A stretch of DNA of 64,000 nucleotides from Synechococcus sp. CO36386bin_29. GTDB taxonomy: Bacteria > Cyanobacteriota > Cyanobacteriia > PCC-6307 > Cyanobiaceae. Both the position numbers and the translations under genes were made by a program. A model generated the notes under the pieces. It did not search any database and was not told where the DNA came from. It saw only the letters and a program-made list of their open reading frames with translations. Of the stretch, positions 19,967 to 29,477 are shown piece after piece. How positions within the stretch are numbered: position 1 is the stretch's first letter; the number at the start of each line of letters is the position of its first letter. The stretch spans positions 134-64,133 of the forward strand of contig WTFZ01000194.1 of the NCBI GenBank assembly GCA_011523835.1. Reading direction: 5' to 3'.

Positions 19967-20326
19967 GTGCCCACCATCCGATTTGAGCAGGAAGGCCAGC
20001 AGGTCGGTTGTATTGAAGGTGCCAATCTGCGTAAAGCAGCATTGTCCGCGGGAATCAATCCCTACAAGGGGCTCAACAACCTCAATAACTGTGGTGGTGT
20101 GGGTCAGTGCGGAACCTGTGTGATCGAAGTGCTCGAGGGTGCTCAGAATCTCTCGCCCCGCAGCGACGTCGAAGAGGTTTACTTGTCGGATCGTCCAGCC
20201 AACTATCGCCTCAGCTGCCGGACAAGCGTCAATGGTGACGTCACAATCCGCACACGTCCCGATGATGGAGTGGGTAAGGGTTCCAACAGTCTTCTCGGTG
20301 CTGTGAAGAGCCTTCTTGGTCGCTGA
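19967..20326 (+). CDS. 2Fe-2S ferredoxin-like protein
   Basis: NCGGVGQCGTC...RLSC cysteine pattern; GANLR. Confidence 0.9.
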   Translation: MPTIRFEQEGQQVGCIEGANLRKAALSAGINPYKGLNNLNNCGGVGQCGTCVIEVLEGAQNLSPRSDVEEVYLSDRPANYRLSCRTSVNGDVTIRTRPDDGVGKGSNSLLGAVKSLLGR

Positions 20327-20334
20327 TCAGGACC

Positions 20335-20694
20335 ATGTCTGAGCTAAAGGTTTACAGCTACTCGCGCTGCACAACATGCCGAAAAGCTCTGGCATGGCTT
20401 GATTCCCAGGGTCTCTGTGCCGAAGTTGTCGACATCACGGTTCTCCCTCCTGATCGACAAACCCTTCTGAACGCTTTTCAGCATTTCGGGCAGGTCAAAC
20501 CTCTCTTCAACACGAGTGGTCAGAGTTACAGAGCGCTGGGTGCGGCCGTCGTCAAAACGATGACTGACGCCGAAGCCATCGATGCTCTAGCTGCTGATGG
20601 AAAACTGATTAAGCGTCCCTTCGTTTGTTGTGGTGATGGGACTTTTCTGGTTGGCTTCAAGCCTGAGGTTTGGGCAAACGCTCTGTTGAGCTGA
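20335..20694 (+). CDS. ArsC/Spx/YffB-family thioredoxin-fold protein
   Basis: CTTCRKA, FNTSG.SYR, LIKRP, VGF. Confidence 0.88.
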   Translation: MSELKVYSYSRCTTCRKALAWLDSQGLCAEVVDITVLPPDRQTLLNAFQHFGQVKPLFNTSGQSYRALGAAVVKTMTDAEAIDALAADGKLIKRPFVCCGDGTFLVGFKPEVWANALLS

Positions 20695-22162
20695 AATTCA
20701 GGCCATCGAGCTCAGTAATCAGTTCATCCACGTCTCTCTGAAGACGGAGCTGACTCATGCTCGATCGCTTGAGGTCTTCCAGAAAAATGGCAACGAGTTC
20801 CTGACTGCGTTCAAGCACAGCGCCTGTTTCAAGTTTGTGGGCCAGCTCTTCCAAGAAACGATCTGCTGTCTCCACACCAAGACTTTCAAGCACCGGATCC
20901 TTCTGGCCCAAGCGATCTCCGGCATTTCGAGACAGGTTCAACAGCGAATCAACCAGGCTGATTGACAGCGTTTCGCTCAGTTTCTGTTCTGCATTGCCCA
21001 CTCCCGGGAGTGTTCTCAGCGCTGCTGGGATTGCTGTGTCCTCTAAATTGCGTCGCAAGACATGGCCGACGAGGGCAATGAGCTGAGGCCGCAGTGCAGG
21101 CCCCACCTGGATGAGAATGAGCGGGAGCCACAGTCTGAAAAGTTCTGCCAGTTCCGGATCGCCTTCATCGACAACACTCTGATGGGTGCAAAGGCTTCGA
21201 ATCTTTTCAGGCAGGCGAGGGGACTTCACCACATTCTGTGCCGTGTCGAGGATTCGCAGAGTGATCACTTCAAACAGCTCAATGGCAAGAACTGCTACAA
21301 CGCCTCTGCTGATCACAGCTCGGAGGGGTTCCAGTTGAATCAGACCTGTATTGGATAGACGCTCGGTTACCGGTACAAAGCGCAGCAATCTCCAGAAAGG
21401 CATCAGTAGCGGTAAGTCAATCCAGCGTCTGAGCAGTGCATCTCGCCATGTGATTCCCGGGTAACGCAGTTTCAGGCGAAAGCTGCGGATCAGGATGTCG
21501 AGAAGGAACAGAATCTGGAAGGGAGTATCGATCTGCCAGGCCCGATCGATGGCCTGACCGTTTTCATCGGTTTCACGCCAATAGTTGGTTGCTGCAAGAG
21601 GGAGGATGCGTTTGTTCCAAAACTGTCTTTCCTCCTCCCAGTTCCGTGCCGAGAGGTGGTCGTCTCCCAGCAGATGGGCTGCAGCCTGTTTCGCCGAATC
21701 CATGCCTGCTTTGGAGCGCAGGCGATTCTTGAGCTTCTCGAGAGTCCCTGTCTTCCCTGAACTCACGAAGGGATTTTCGTCGATCAGTTGGCTGTTCCGA
21801 ACCACCATTTCGAGGCGGAGCTGCCGCACCTCTGGACTGTCGATTCCTTTATTGGCCGCAGCTGTTTCCAGGCGCCGAAACTGATTGATGTAACTCTGCG
21901 TGTCTTGATGCGGCTCGATCCCCTTGATCCGGTCATAGGCCGGGGTGATGTCAGGAAGCCACGGGAGGGGAATCGCCAGGTTGATCGAGGGCAGAGGAAA
22001 CAGGGTTCGCTGCAGCCAAAAATTCCGCAGCGGAACGTAGGTCACATCAAAGATGACCCAGGCAAGATTGAGCGCGGCGATCGTTGCGATGACCTTGTCC
22101 CAGCCAAGCCAGAAGCGCCTGGCCGCGCTGAGCCGCACCACCTGCCAGCGGGGTCTGACCAT
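20657..22162 (-). CDS. Conserved hypothetical membrane protein with an ion-transport-like (S2-S4) segment
   Basis: 501-aa ORF; N-terminal TM; LFLLDILIR...RWIDLPLLMPFWRLLRFV; helical C-terminus. Confidence 0.7.
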   Translation of the reverse strand: MVRPRWQVVRLSAARRFWLGWDKVIATIAALNLAWVIFDVTYVPLRNFWLQRTLFPLPSINLAIPLPWLPDITPAYDRIKGIEPHQDTQSYINQFRRLETAAANKGIDSPEVRQLRLEMVVRNSQLIDENPFVSSGKTGTLEKLKNRLRSKAGMDSAKQAAAHLLGDDHLSARNWEEERQFWNKRILPLAATNYWRETDENGQAIDRAWQIDTPFQILFLLDILIRSFRLKLRYPGITWRDALLRRWIDLPLLMPFWRLLRFVPVTERLSNTGLIQLEPLRAVISRGVVAVLAIELFEVITLRILDTAQNVVKSPRLPEKIRSLCTHQSVVDEGDPELAELFRLWLPLILIQVGPALRPQLIALVGHVLRRNLEDTAIPAALRTLPGVGNAEQKLSETLSISLVDSLLNLSRNAGDRLGQKDPVLESLGVETADRFLEELAHKLETGAVLERSQELVAIFLEDLKRSSMSQLRLQRDVDELITELDGLNFSSTERLPKPQA

Positions 22163-22240
22163 GGCTCCTCCTTGGTTAAACGAGGCTAGGAGCTCACCGT
22201 TCCACGCCTATCGTTAGTTTTCCCAGGTCATAGGTTCCCG

Positions 22241-22972
22241 TTGCCCAACGCGCAGCACGACCCATCGTCATCAGGTCCGGATCCTTCCGTCACGGCGTCA
22301 AAGGTGAAGGCTGAATCCGATGTTTCCCGTCCGCATCCCTTCTGGGATTTCTGGGGTCCTGTTCTGTTCACGCTGGCTCTCTATTTCGGGATCCGTCACT
22401 TCGTGGCGGAAGCACGCTTCATCCCTTCAGGATCGATGCTTCCGGGCCTGCAGATCCAAGACCGGTTGTTGGTGGAAAAACTCACTTACGGCGGAAGGAG
22501 TCCCCAGCGCGGCGAGATCGTGGTGTTCAACTCGCCCTATGCGTTCGATCCAGCGCTTCAGTCGGCGGGTTCACCGTCTCCATTGCGCTGTGCACTGGTG
22601 AGCTTTCCTCTGCTCGGCCTGATCCCAGGACTAGGGCATCCAGCCTGCGACGCTTACATCAAACGGGTGGTCGCTGTTGGTGGAGACCGGGTGGTGGTCA
22701 ACCCTCGGGGCGAAGTGACAGTCAATGGCAAGGCTTTGAAAGAGCCCTATGTCACCAAGTTTTGTCCCCTCGATGATCAGGGAATGAGTCTCTGCCGCAC
22801 TCTCAACGTGACGGTTCCGGAGAGACACGTGCTGGTCCTGGGCGATAACCGCAGCAACAGCTGGGATGGTCGTTACTGGCCTGGTGGACCCTTCCTGCCT
22901 GAGGACCAGATTATTGGCAAGGCGTTCTGGCGTTTCTGGCCGCTCAATAGGGTCGGTTCGTTGGGATCCTGA
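22241..22972 (+). CDS. lepB: Signal peptidase I
   Basis: IPSGSMLP (Ser), YIKRVV (Lys), GDNRSNSWDGRYW. Confidence 0.95.
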   Translation: MPNAQHDPSSSGPDPSVTASKVKAESDVSRPHPFWDFWGPVLFTLALYFGIRHFVAEARFIPSGSMLPGLQIQDRLLVEKLTYGGRSPQRGEIVVFNSPYAFDPALQSAGSPSPLRCALVSFPLLGLIPGLGHPACDAYIKRVVAVGGDRVVVNPRGEVTVNGKALKEPYVTKFCPLDDQGMSLCRTLNVTVPERHVLVLGDNRSNSWDGRYWPGGPFLPEDQIIGKAFWRFWPLNRVGSLGS

Positions 22973-24224
22973 GCCCACAGCGCATCACACGGCCCCGCAG
23001 TGCCTGCCCGAGGAAAGGAAGGTTGGCCGCGCGGGGTCCCATCGGGTCGGGTCGTGTGGGCGTCCACACATGGTCAGGATCAAACAGCAGCCAGCGGTTG
23101 CTGCCCAAAGCAAGAGATTCTTCCCTGGTCCCCAGCAATCTGGACGGCCCGAAGCTGATCACCTGCCAAAGCTGCTCTGGTGTCCAACCTTCAGCAACAA
23201 CAAGGGTCTGCCAAAGGCTTGGCAGCACCAGGTGATGACCGGAAACCCCCCGAGACCGTTGGTCCGGTGGCAGCAGGCATTCCTCGTCATCAAGGGGCGT
23301 GGCCTGAACGGCAATGGCCTGAATCAGGTTCTCTGCAAGGGCTCTGATCAAGGCATCGCGATCCAGGGGGGATCCCAGGGATGGATCCACAAACCATGTG
23401 GATGCACTGGCGCTGCTTTGAGAGGAATCAGCCACCACATGCCACCAGTTCACTGTGGCTTTCGGAGGCACCGGCATTTGTTGCAGCAGCTCCACAGCGC
23501 CGGCGGTGGAGAGTGCCATCAGAACCAGTCGGCGGTTGGGGTGACACTGCTGGAGTTGGCCAAGCTGGCTGAGGGGCAGTGTTTCACTGCTCGCTGGGTC
23601 TGAAGGCCATCCCGCCCTCAAGGCGCTGACGCCCTCCCGTAAGAGCCCCTCACCACGGAGTGCCAGGTCCAGCGGAGGGATCAGCACCGGCGTTGATCCC
23701 ATGTCTCCAAGCGTCAGAGCGCGGTCCAGAAGTGCAATTGGTGGCATGGACCTGCCATCGCTGAGGCCCAAGGCTCCGGCTTCCAGCAGATCGGCATGGG
23801 CCGTTAACTCCACGCCGCCGCTACCGCTGCTGAACCCTCCCCAGAGAAGAACGTTGACATCGCAGTCGCTTGGAGCGAATCCCTGAAGATGGTCTGGCTG
23901 CTCGCGGACGCCATGCAAGGTTCCCGGGAGCAGGGCCAGTCGGCCAAAGCCAGCGTTTCCAGCGGTTCTGACCAAACTGTTCAGAGTTTCTCCCCTGCCG
24001 TGGAACGGTTCCGGGAGTTCGGAGTGGCAATCCACCAGGCATGGAGCCAGCAGTTGGTGGCCGGCCTCCTGCGGCTCCAGACCCTCGGATTGCCCCCTAC
24101 GGCGGGCTTCATCCCCAAAGGCTTCAAGGCGCCGGTTCCTGATCAGAACGGCCGATTGCTTCTCAACAGCCTGACCCGGTCCGACCAAGACCTGAACCGG
24201 GTCCAGCAGCATTGATGCATCCAT
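22944..24224 (-). CDS. Dihydroorotase-like protein, probably inactive PyrC'
   Basis: Amidohydrolase architecture (P.LVD, GF...LP, P..SE, ST, P.LG...DR.AL, LFDP, N.P..G..L.GRV), but DxHxH reads DCHSE. Confidence 0.82.
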   Translation of the reverse strand: MDASMLLDPVQVLVGPGQAVEKQSAVLIRNRRLEAFGDEARRRGQSEGLEPQEAGHQLLAPCLVDCHSELPEPFHGRGETLNSLVRTAGNAGFGRLALLPGTLHGVREQPDHLQGFAPSDCDVNVLLWGGFSSGSGGVELTAHADLLEAGALGLSDGRSMPPIALLDRALTLGDMGSTPVLIPPLDLALRGEGLLREGVSALRAGWPSDPASSETLPLSQLGQLQQCHPNRRLVLMALSTAGAVELLQQMPVPPKATVNWWHVVADSSQSSASASTWFVDPSLGSPLDRDALIRALAENLIQAIAVQATPLDDEECLLPPDQRSRGVSGHHLVLPSLWQTLVVAEGWTPEQLWQVISFGPSRLLGTREESLALGSNRWLLFDPDHVWTPTRPDPMGPRAANLPFLGQALRGRVMRCGLRIPTNRPY

Positions 24225-24230
24225 CAGGGT

Positions 24231-25559
24231 TCAGAGTGCTCCAGCAGCTGTTCTGTCCAGAACCCCTCCGAGATGGGAGGTGAGGTTCAGACAGGCAACT
24301 ACTGCAGACTGCCCTGGTTCCGAGGGCATGTCGACCACTGTGACGCCTCCATTGCCCTGTTTGACAGCCCAGATGTCACCAGGACTGAGGCCGAGGAGCG
24401 AACAGAGAATGGTTTTGTTCACTGCATCGTGGGCCACCACGAGAGCCGTTTCAGACCCATCCAGGGAGTCCGCAATGGTGTTCCAGCTGCGGACGGAGCG
24501 TTTCCAAACATCCTGGATGGTTTCTCCTTCAGGCATCTGCACCGTTTCTGGCGTGCGCTTCCACTCATCGAGAAGTTCAGCCCATTCAGCCTTGATCTCT
24601 GATTCCAGCTTCCCTTCCCAGAGTCCATGGCCGATTTCAACGAGTCCGCGGGTCACCGTCAGCGGCACTCCGGGATGGGAGCGCAGGATTCCTTCGGCTG
24701 TCTGTCGCGGTCTGGACATCGCACTGCTGTAAGCACGCTGAATCGAAACGGTTTCCAGGAAGGCCCGTGCAGCTTCGGCTTGGGCGTGACCATTGCTGTT
24801 GAGGGGAATGTCGATCTGTCCCTGAAAGCGCCCATCACGGTTCCAGTTGGTTTCTCCATGCCGCACCAGAATCATCCGCGCTCCTGCCCCCTTGGCAGGC
24901 AGAGGTGGATTGAGATGCGCCGTGCTGTTCAAGCACTCGATCTGCACCTGGTGGCCACTTCCCTGAGGGATGAGATTGAAAACAGATAAAGAGGCGTTGT
25001 CGAGCCGCAACCGACGGAAGCCCCCTGCAGGGTTGCCCAGCAATGTGGTGATCAGGCAGCGCAGGATGGCGTTGTGGCCAATTAGCAGCACGGTGTCGTT
25101 GCTGTCAACGGGATGACGGGCCAGCAGTGCGTCAAGGAACTGGCTGGCCTGTTGCATCAGGTCCTGAAGGGGCCGGTAGCGGGTGCCGTCGTGACGGGAC
25201 AGTTCCAGCTGCTCGGGATGACTCCTCCAGGCTGCATACTCCTCTGGAAATCTCTCAGCACGCTCGGCTGCCGTCAGGCCGCTCCAGGGTTCCAGATCGA
25301 TCTCAAGCAGGCCTTCCTCGAAACACGGCTCAAGCGCATCGCTCCGGGCTGCCAGAACCCCTGCCGTGGTCGATGCAGCCCGTTGGAGCGGTGAGCTGTA
25401 CACGGCTGTGATCGGCACATCCGCGAGGGCCGTGCCCGTGCGGCGTGCCTGGTCCTCGCCGGTTTCGGTCAGCGTGGAAAGGTCATCCCGCCCCTGGATT
25501 CTGCGCTCCACATTGAAGCTGCTGAGTCCGTGGCGAACGAGGAGAAGACGCAGGGTCAC
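24231..25559 (-). CDS. Two-domain histidine phosphatase (PGM/phosphoserine phosphatase-like)
   Basis: Two RHG motifs (LVRHGLS..QG, LVRHGET..QGQ.D.PL), two E...G.W and two G/AH motifs; GTG start at 25559 inferred. Confidence 0.88.
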   Translation of the reverse strand: MTLRLLLVRHGLSSFNVERRIQGRDDLSTLTETGEDQARRTGTALADVPITAVYSSPLQRAASTTAGVLAARSDALEPCFEEGLLEIDLEPWSGLTAAERAERFPEEYAAWRSHPEQLELSRHDGTRYRPLQDLMQQASQFLDALLARHPVDSNDTVLLIGHNAILRCLITTLLGNPAGGFRRLRLDNASLSVFNLIPQGSGHQVQIECLNSTAHLNPPLPAKGAGARMILVRHGETNWNRDGRFQGQIDIPLNSNGHAQAEAARAFLETVSIQRAYSSAMSRPRQTAEGILRSHPGVPLTVTRGLVEIGHGLWEGKLESEIKAEWAELLDEWKRTPETVQMPEGETIQDVWKRSVRSWNTIADSLDGSETALVVAHDAVNKTILCSLLGLSPGDIWAVKQGNGGVTVVDMPSEPGQSAVVACLNLTSHLGGVLDRTAAGAL

Positions 25560-25666
25560 GGCTTCGTGCGTGCAGGGCGCCGCCATCGTATGAGTGAGCC
25601 CCGGTTTGCTCTGGCTTCGCCCGCTGCACGCGTCACCGACCAGAATCGTTCCGAGTTGCCTGAGAC

Positions 25667-27037
25667 GTGTTGACCAGCCCACCTTCCGGACGACCATCGG
25701 CTGACCGGTTTTTGAAGGTGTTTCTGGCCTTCGTCTCTCTGGTACTCGCCACGTTGGTGTGGGTTCTGGGGCTGGTGGACAGCTTTGGAAAGCCATCGGT
25801 GGCTCCCACCTTGTCGTTGGAGCAACAGGAGTTGTCCCTTTTGGCCCAGCCGAAGGTGCCAGAACTTCTGCAACCGTTGGTGGTCGGGGACGACCCTGGC
25901 GCTGCGCTGCTGCGTACCTTGCGCGAGACCCCGCTGGACCGACTGGATGATCGCCAGGTTCTTCTGTTCACAGCCCTAGAACAGGACGAGGCTTACCAGG
26001 AAAGCCTTCGCCAGGTGGTCGTTGGCCAACCAGACCTCATCCCGCTTCAGCAGGCGCTGAATGGGACCAAGGCTCCGGGGCAGGATCGATCTGAATTGCT
26101 GGCACTCGCGCCGGATCCCCTGATCCGCAGCGTTGTATGTCGTGCGTTGGGAGGTTCACCTGCTGACTGCGTGGATTCAGCTCAGGCTTCCGCTGCGGCG
26201 CGACGTCTGGTGTTCAGCGAAGTGTTTCCGCTGGCGACCCTGATTCTTGGCGGCCTGCTCCTGTTCAGGCATGGCTTCCTGCTGCTGCGCCGTTGTTTGC
26301 CGCCCTGGCCGCCGCTCGTGTCGGCCCCCCTGAGCCCACTCGACATGGTTCTGCTGGTCGCCGGTGGCTTCGTTGTTCTTGGGGAAGTGCTGGTTCCTCT
26401 GTTGATCGCTCCATTCACAGCCTGGTTGAGCCGTGGCATGACGCCTGCTCTGATGCAGGGAGTCACCGTGCTCCTCGGTTACGCCGCGTTGGCGGTTCCA
26501 CCGCTGCTCATCCTTCGCCAGCAGTTGTCGCAATGCGATCAGGAGGTTCCTCCACCAGGAGGCTGGCTGCAGTGGCAGATCCGTCCGATCACCTCCGCTC
26601 TTCTTCAAGGTGCAAGGGGATGGCTGATGGTGATGCCGCCTGTGGTCTTGACCGGCTGGCTTGTGAGTCGTTGGATCGGGGATCAGGGAGGGAGCAACCC
26701 GTTGCTTGAGATCGTGCTGAATAGCCGAGACCCCGCGGCATTGGCACTCCTGGCCATCACCGCTGTTGTTCTGGCCCCTTTATTTGAGGAAACGGTCTTC
26801 CGGGGGGTGTTGCTTCCGGTCTTGGGTCGTTTTCTCGGGCGTTCAGGAAGTGTGTTGGTCAGCGCGCTTGTGTTCGCGATTGCTCACCTGAGCATCGGCG
26901 AGCTCCCTCCATTGCTCGTCCTCGGACTCGGGTTAGGCCTGCTCAGGCTGAGTACAGGTCGTCTGTTCCCCTGTGTGGTGATGCATTCTCTCTGGAATGG
27001 GGTGACGTTCCTCAATCTTTTGCTACTTGGCGCTTGA
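25667..27037 (+). CDS. CPBP/Abi (CAAX type II) intramembrane metalloprotease
   Basis: APLFEETVFRG, FAIAH, H.LWN; multiple TMs. Confidence 0.9.
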   Translation: MLTSPPSGRPSADRFLKVFLAFVSLVLATLVWVLGLVDSFGKPSVAPTLSLEQQELSLLAQPKVPELLQPLVVGDDPGAALLRTLRETPLDRLDDRQVLLFTALEQDEAYQESLRQVVVGQPDLIPLQQALNGTKAPGQDRSELLALAPDPLIRSVVCRALGGSPADCVDSAQASAAARRLVFSEVFPLATLILGGLLLFRHGFLLLRRCLPPWPPLVSAPLSPLDMVLLVAGGFVVLGEVLVPLLIAPFTAWLSRGMTPALMQGVTVLLGYAALAVPPLLILRQQLSQCDQEVPPPGGWLQWQIRPITSALLQGARGWLMVMPPVVLTGWLVSRWIGDQGGSNPLLEIVLNSRDPAALALLAITAVVLAPLFEETVFRGVLLPVLGRFLGRSGSVLVSALVFAIAHLSIGELPPLLVLGLGLGLLRLSTGRLFPCVVMHSLWNGVTFLNLLLLGA

Positions 27038-27121
27038 TCGAAGTCTCCAGTGTTGATCAAGGTTTCATCCTTGCGACTCTCCCCTGCAGGTGGTTCACTG
27101 GCGCATTGCTGAGCCTCAGCC

Positions 27122-27577
27122 GTGGTCGCGGTTCCACAACCCCAGTCGGTTTCCCCGCAGAAGCCATCCAGTGCCGGAACCTTTGAGGTCATTCAGGGCT
27201 CTCTGTCGGCGCGGCGCGCTGCCCGCCATTCCCCGCTGCTGGCTGGATTGCATCGTGTTGCTGATGGGGGGCTACTTGGAGTCTTCGTTGCTGTTCTCTT
27301 GCTCAGTGGTCTGACGCTTCACTGGCAGCATCGTTGGACCGTGGCGTTCAGGAAACTGGAGTTGACCCGTTCCCTGTCACACCGACTGACAGAGTCCACA
27401 GCCATGCTCGAACGGCACTTACTGGAACACTCCAGGGTCCCCCAGCGAATGGTGCCCACGACCGTGGCCAACCTTCTTTACCTCGATCGACCTGGAACCA
27501 GCTCATCTCAAGGTGAAACCGATCACCTGGGCCTTCTCGGCTCCCTTATGGAGCAACCGATCAAGAACGGCTACTGA
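27122..27577 (+). CDS. Hypothetical single-TM coiled-coil protein upstream of ftsI (FtsL-like position and topology)
   Basis: Short basic N-terminus, one TM, then leucine heptads; 3 nt before ftsI. Confidence 0.65.
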   Translation: MVAVPQPQSVSPQKPSSAGTFEVIQGSLSARRAARHSPLLAGLHRVADGGLLGVFVAVLLLSGLTLHWQHRWTVAFRKLELTRSLSHRLTESTAMLERHLLEHSRVPQRMVPTTVANLLYLDRPGTSSSQGETDHLGLLGSLMEQPIKNGY

Positions 27578-27580
27578 CCC

Positions 27581-29386
27581 ATGGGGCGCTCGCGTGCAGC
27601 AGGACGGTCGATTCCGTCATCGTCCCGTCGAAGGGTTGTGCCCCTGGAGCCCGTGCCGGCAGGACGAATGCGCTTGGTGTTCGGTCTTCTGTGTGTTGGG
27701 TTGATCGGCCTGATGGGAAGGATGGCCTGGTTGCAGTTTTTCCAGGCTGAAGAGCTTGAAGCCCGTGCCAGGTCCGTACAAACCCAGCGCACTCAGCCAC
27801 TTGGCATACGCCGACCGATCGTGGATCGCACCGGACGGCTCATCGCTCTCGATGAAGAGCGCTATCGCCTCTGGCTCCACCCCCGTTACTTCAACCTTCC
27901 CGGCGACGATCCCACGCACATTCGCCCACCAGCTGATGTGGCTGATCGCCTGGCACCCCTTCTGTCCATGTCCCCCGAGACGATCCTTCAGAAGATCGGC
28001 GATCGTCCCTCCGGGATCAAGCTGTTGGAAGGGCTGGATCCAGAAACAGCAGCTTCCGTCAGAGCTGCTGGCATTAGTGGGGTGGACCTTGAGTCCTACC
28101 TCCATCGGGTTTACCCCCAAGGAGAACTGTTTGCCAATGTGGTCGGCTTTCTCAATCAGGAACGTGTCCCCCAGGCAGGTCTGGAACAGAGCCGTCACGA
28201 CGATCTGCAGCGTCATGAGCTGGCCAGGAGTCTGCGTCGTGGTGCTGACGGCACTCCCCTTCCTGACAACCTCGATGCCGGTGTCTTCTTCGGTGATGAT
28301 CTCCGTCTCCAACTCACCCTTGATGCGCGTCTTCAGTCTCTTGCCGCCAAGGCTCTGAGTGTTCAGGTGAAGAAATGGAAGGCGAAGAAGGGAGTCGCCA
28401 TCGTGATGGATGTCACGAATGGTGAGCTTCTGGCCCTCGCTTCGGTGCCGACGTATGACCCCAACCGGTACTGGGATTTTTCCTCCGCTCGATTCAGGGA
28501 ATGGTCCGTCCAGGATCTCTATGAACCCGGCTCGACCTTCAAGCCCATCAACTTGGCTCTCGCCCTCCAAGAGGGAGTGATCGAAGCCGATGGAAAGGTT
28601 TACGACAGCGGCAAGATCAAGGTCGGTGGCTGGCCCATCACCAATCACGACCGAAAGGGCAATGGGGTGATTGATTTCGCCACGGTCCTGCAGGTGTCCA
28701 GCAATGTGGGGATGGTGCAGGCCATGCGTCGCCTGCCACCGGCCAGCTACTGGGACTGGCTCAGTCGCCTGCGTCTCGATGCCCGCCCCGATACGGATCT
28801 TCCAGGAGCGATTGCCGGGCAGCTCAAGTCAAAGGAGCAATTCACCAAGCAAGCGATCGAGCCGGCCACCGCCTCCTTCGGCCAAGGATTTTCGCTGACA
28901 CCACTCAAGCTTGTTCAGCTGCATGCGCTGCTGGCCAATGGCGGTCGGCTGGTCAGCCCCCATATCACCCGTGGATTGCGCGCTGGCGATGCCCTCGCAT
29001 CAGCTGGGACCCGTCAAGGTCAACAGTTGCTAAACCCCGAAGTGACCCGCACGGTTCTCGCCTGGATGGAGTCTGTGGTGGAGAAGGGCAGCGGCAAGGG
29101 AGCGCGAACGCCGGGATATCGAATCGGAGGCAAGACCGGAACGGCACAGAAAGCGCTCAATGGTGTGTACGTGCCTGGTGCGCTCATCTGCAGTTTCGTT
29201 GCCACCTTGCCGATTGATGATCCGCGTTATGTCGTGCTGGTCGTGGTTGATGAGCCTCAAGGCGGGAATGCTTATGGATCAACTGTGGCTTTGCCCGCCG
29301 CCAAGTCCATCATCGACGGACTTCTGGTGATCGAGAAGATTCCGCCGAGCACCACATCTGCCCAACCCTGGATCAAAAAAGGCTGA
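27581..29386 (+). CDS. ftsI: Class B penicillin-binding protein (FtsI/PBP3)
   Basis: [24 protein letters not shown] (SxxK), SSNVG (SxN), GGKTGTAQK (KTG). Confidence 0.93.
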   Translation: MGRSRAAGRSIPSSSRRRVVPLEPVPAGRMRLVFGLLCVGLIGLMGRMAWLQFFQAEELEARARSVQTQRTQPLGIRRPIVDRTGRLIALDEERYRLWLHPRYFNLPGDDPTHIRPPADVADRLAPLLSMSPETILQKIGDRPSGIKLLEGLDPETAASVRAAGISGVDLESYLHRVYPQGELFANVVGFLNQERVPQAGLEQSRHDDLQRHELARSLRRGADGTPLPDNLDAGVFFGDDLRLQLTLDARLQSLAAKALSVQVKKWKAKKGVAIVMDVTNGELLALASVPTYDPNRYWDFSSARFREWSVQDLYEPGSTFKPINLALALQEGVIEADGKVYDSGKIKVGGWPITNHDRKGNGVIDFATVLQVSSNVGMVQAMRRLPPASYWDWLSRLRLDARPDTDLPGAIAGQLKSKEQFTKQAIEPATASFGQGFSLTPLKLVQLHALLANGGRLVSPHITRGLRAGDALASAGTRQGQQLLNPEVTRTVLAWMESVVEKGSGKGARTPGYRIGGKTGTAQKALNGVYVPGALICSFVATLPIDDPRYVVLVVVDEPQGGNAYGSTVALPAAKSIIDGLLVIEKIPPSTTSAQPWIKKG

Positions 29387-29477
29387 TCTGGTTACAACGC
29401 CCTGTGCAGGTGGATACAGGAGAGGGTGTCAGGTCAGAAAACATAGCTACGTTGCGCCTATCGAGACTTTCAGCGCT

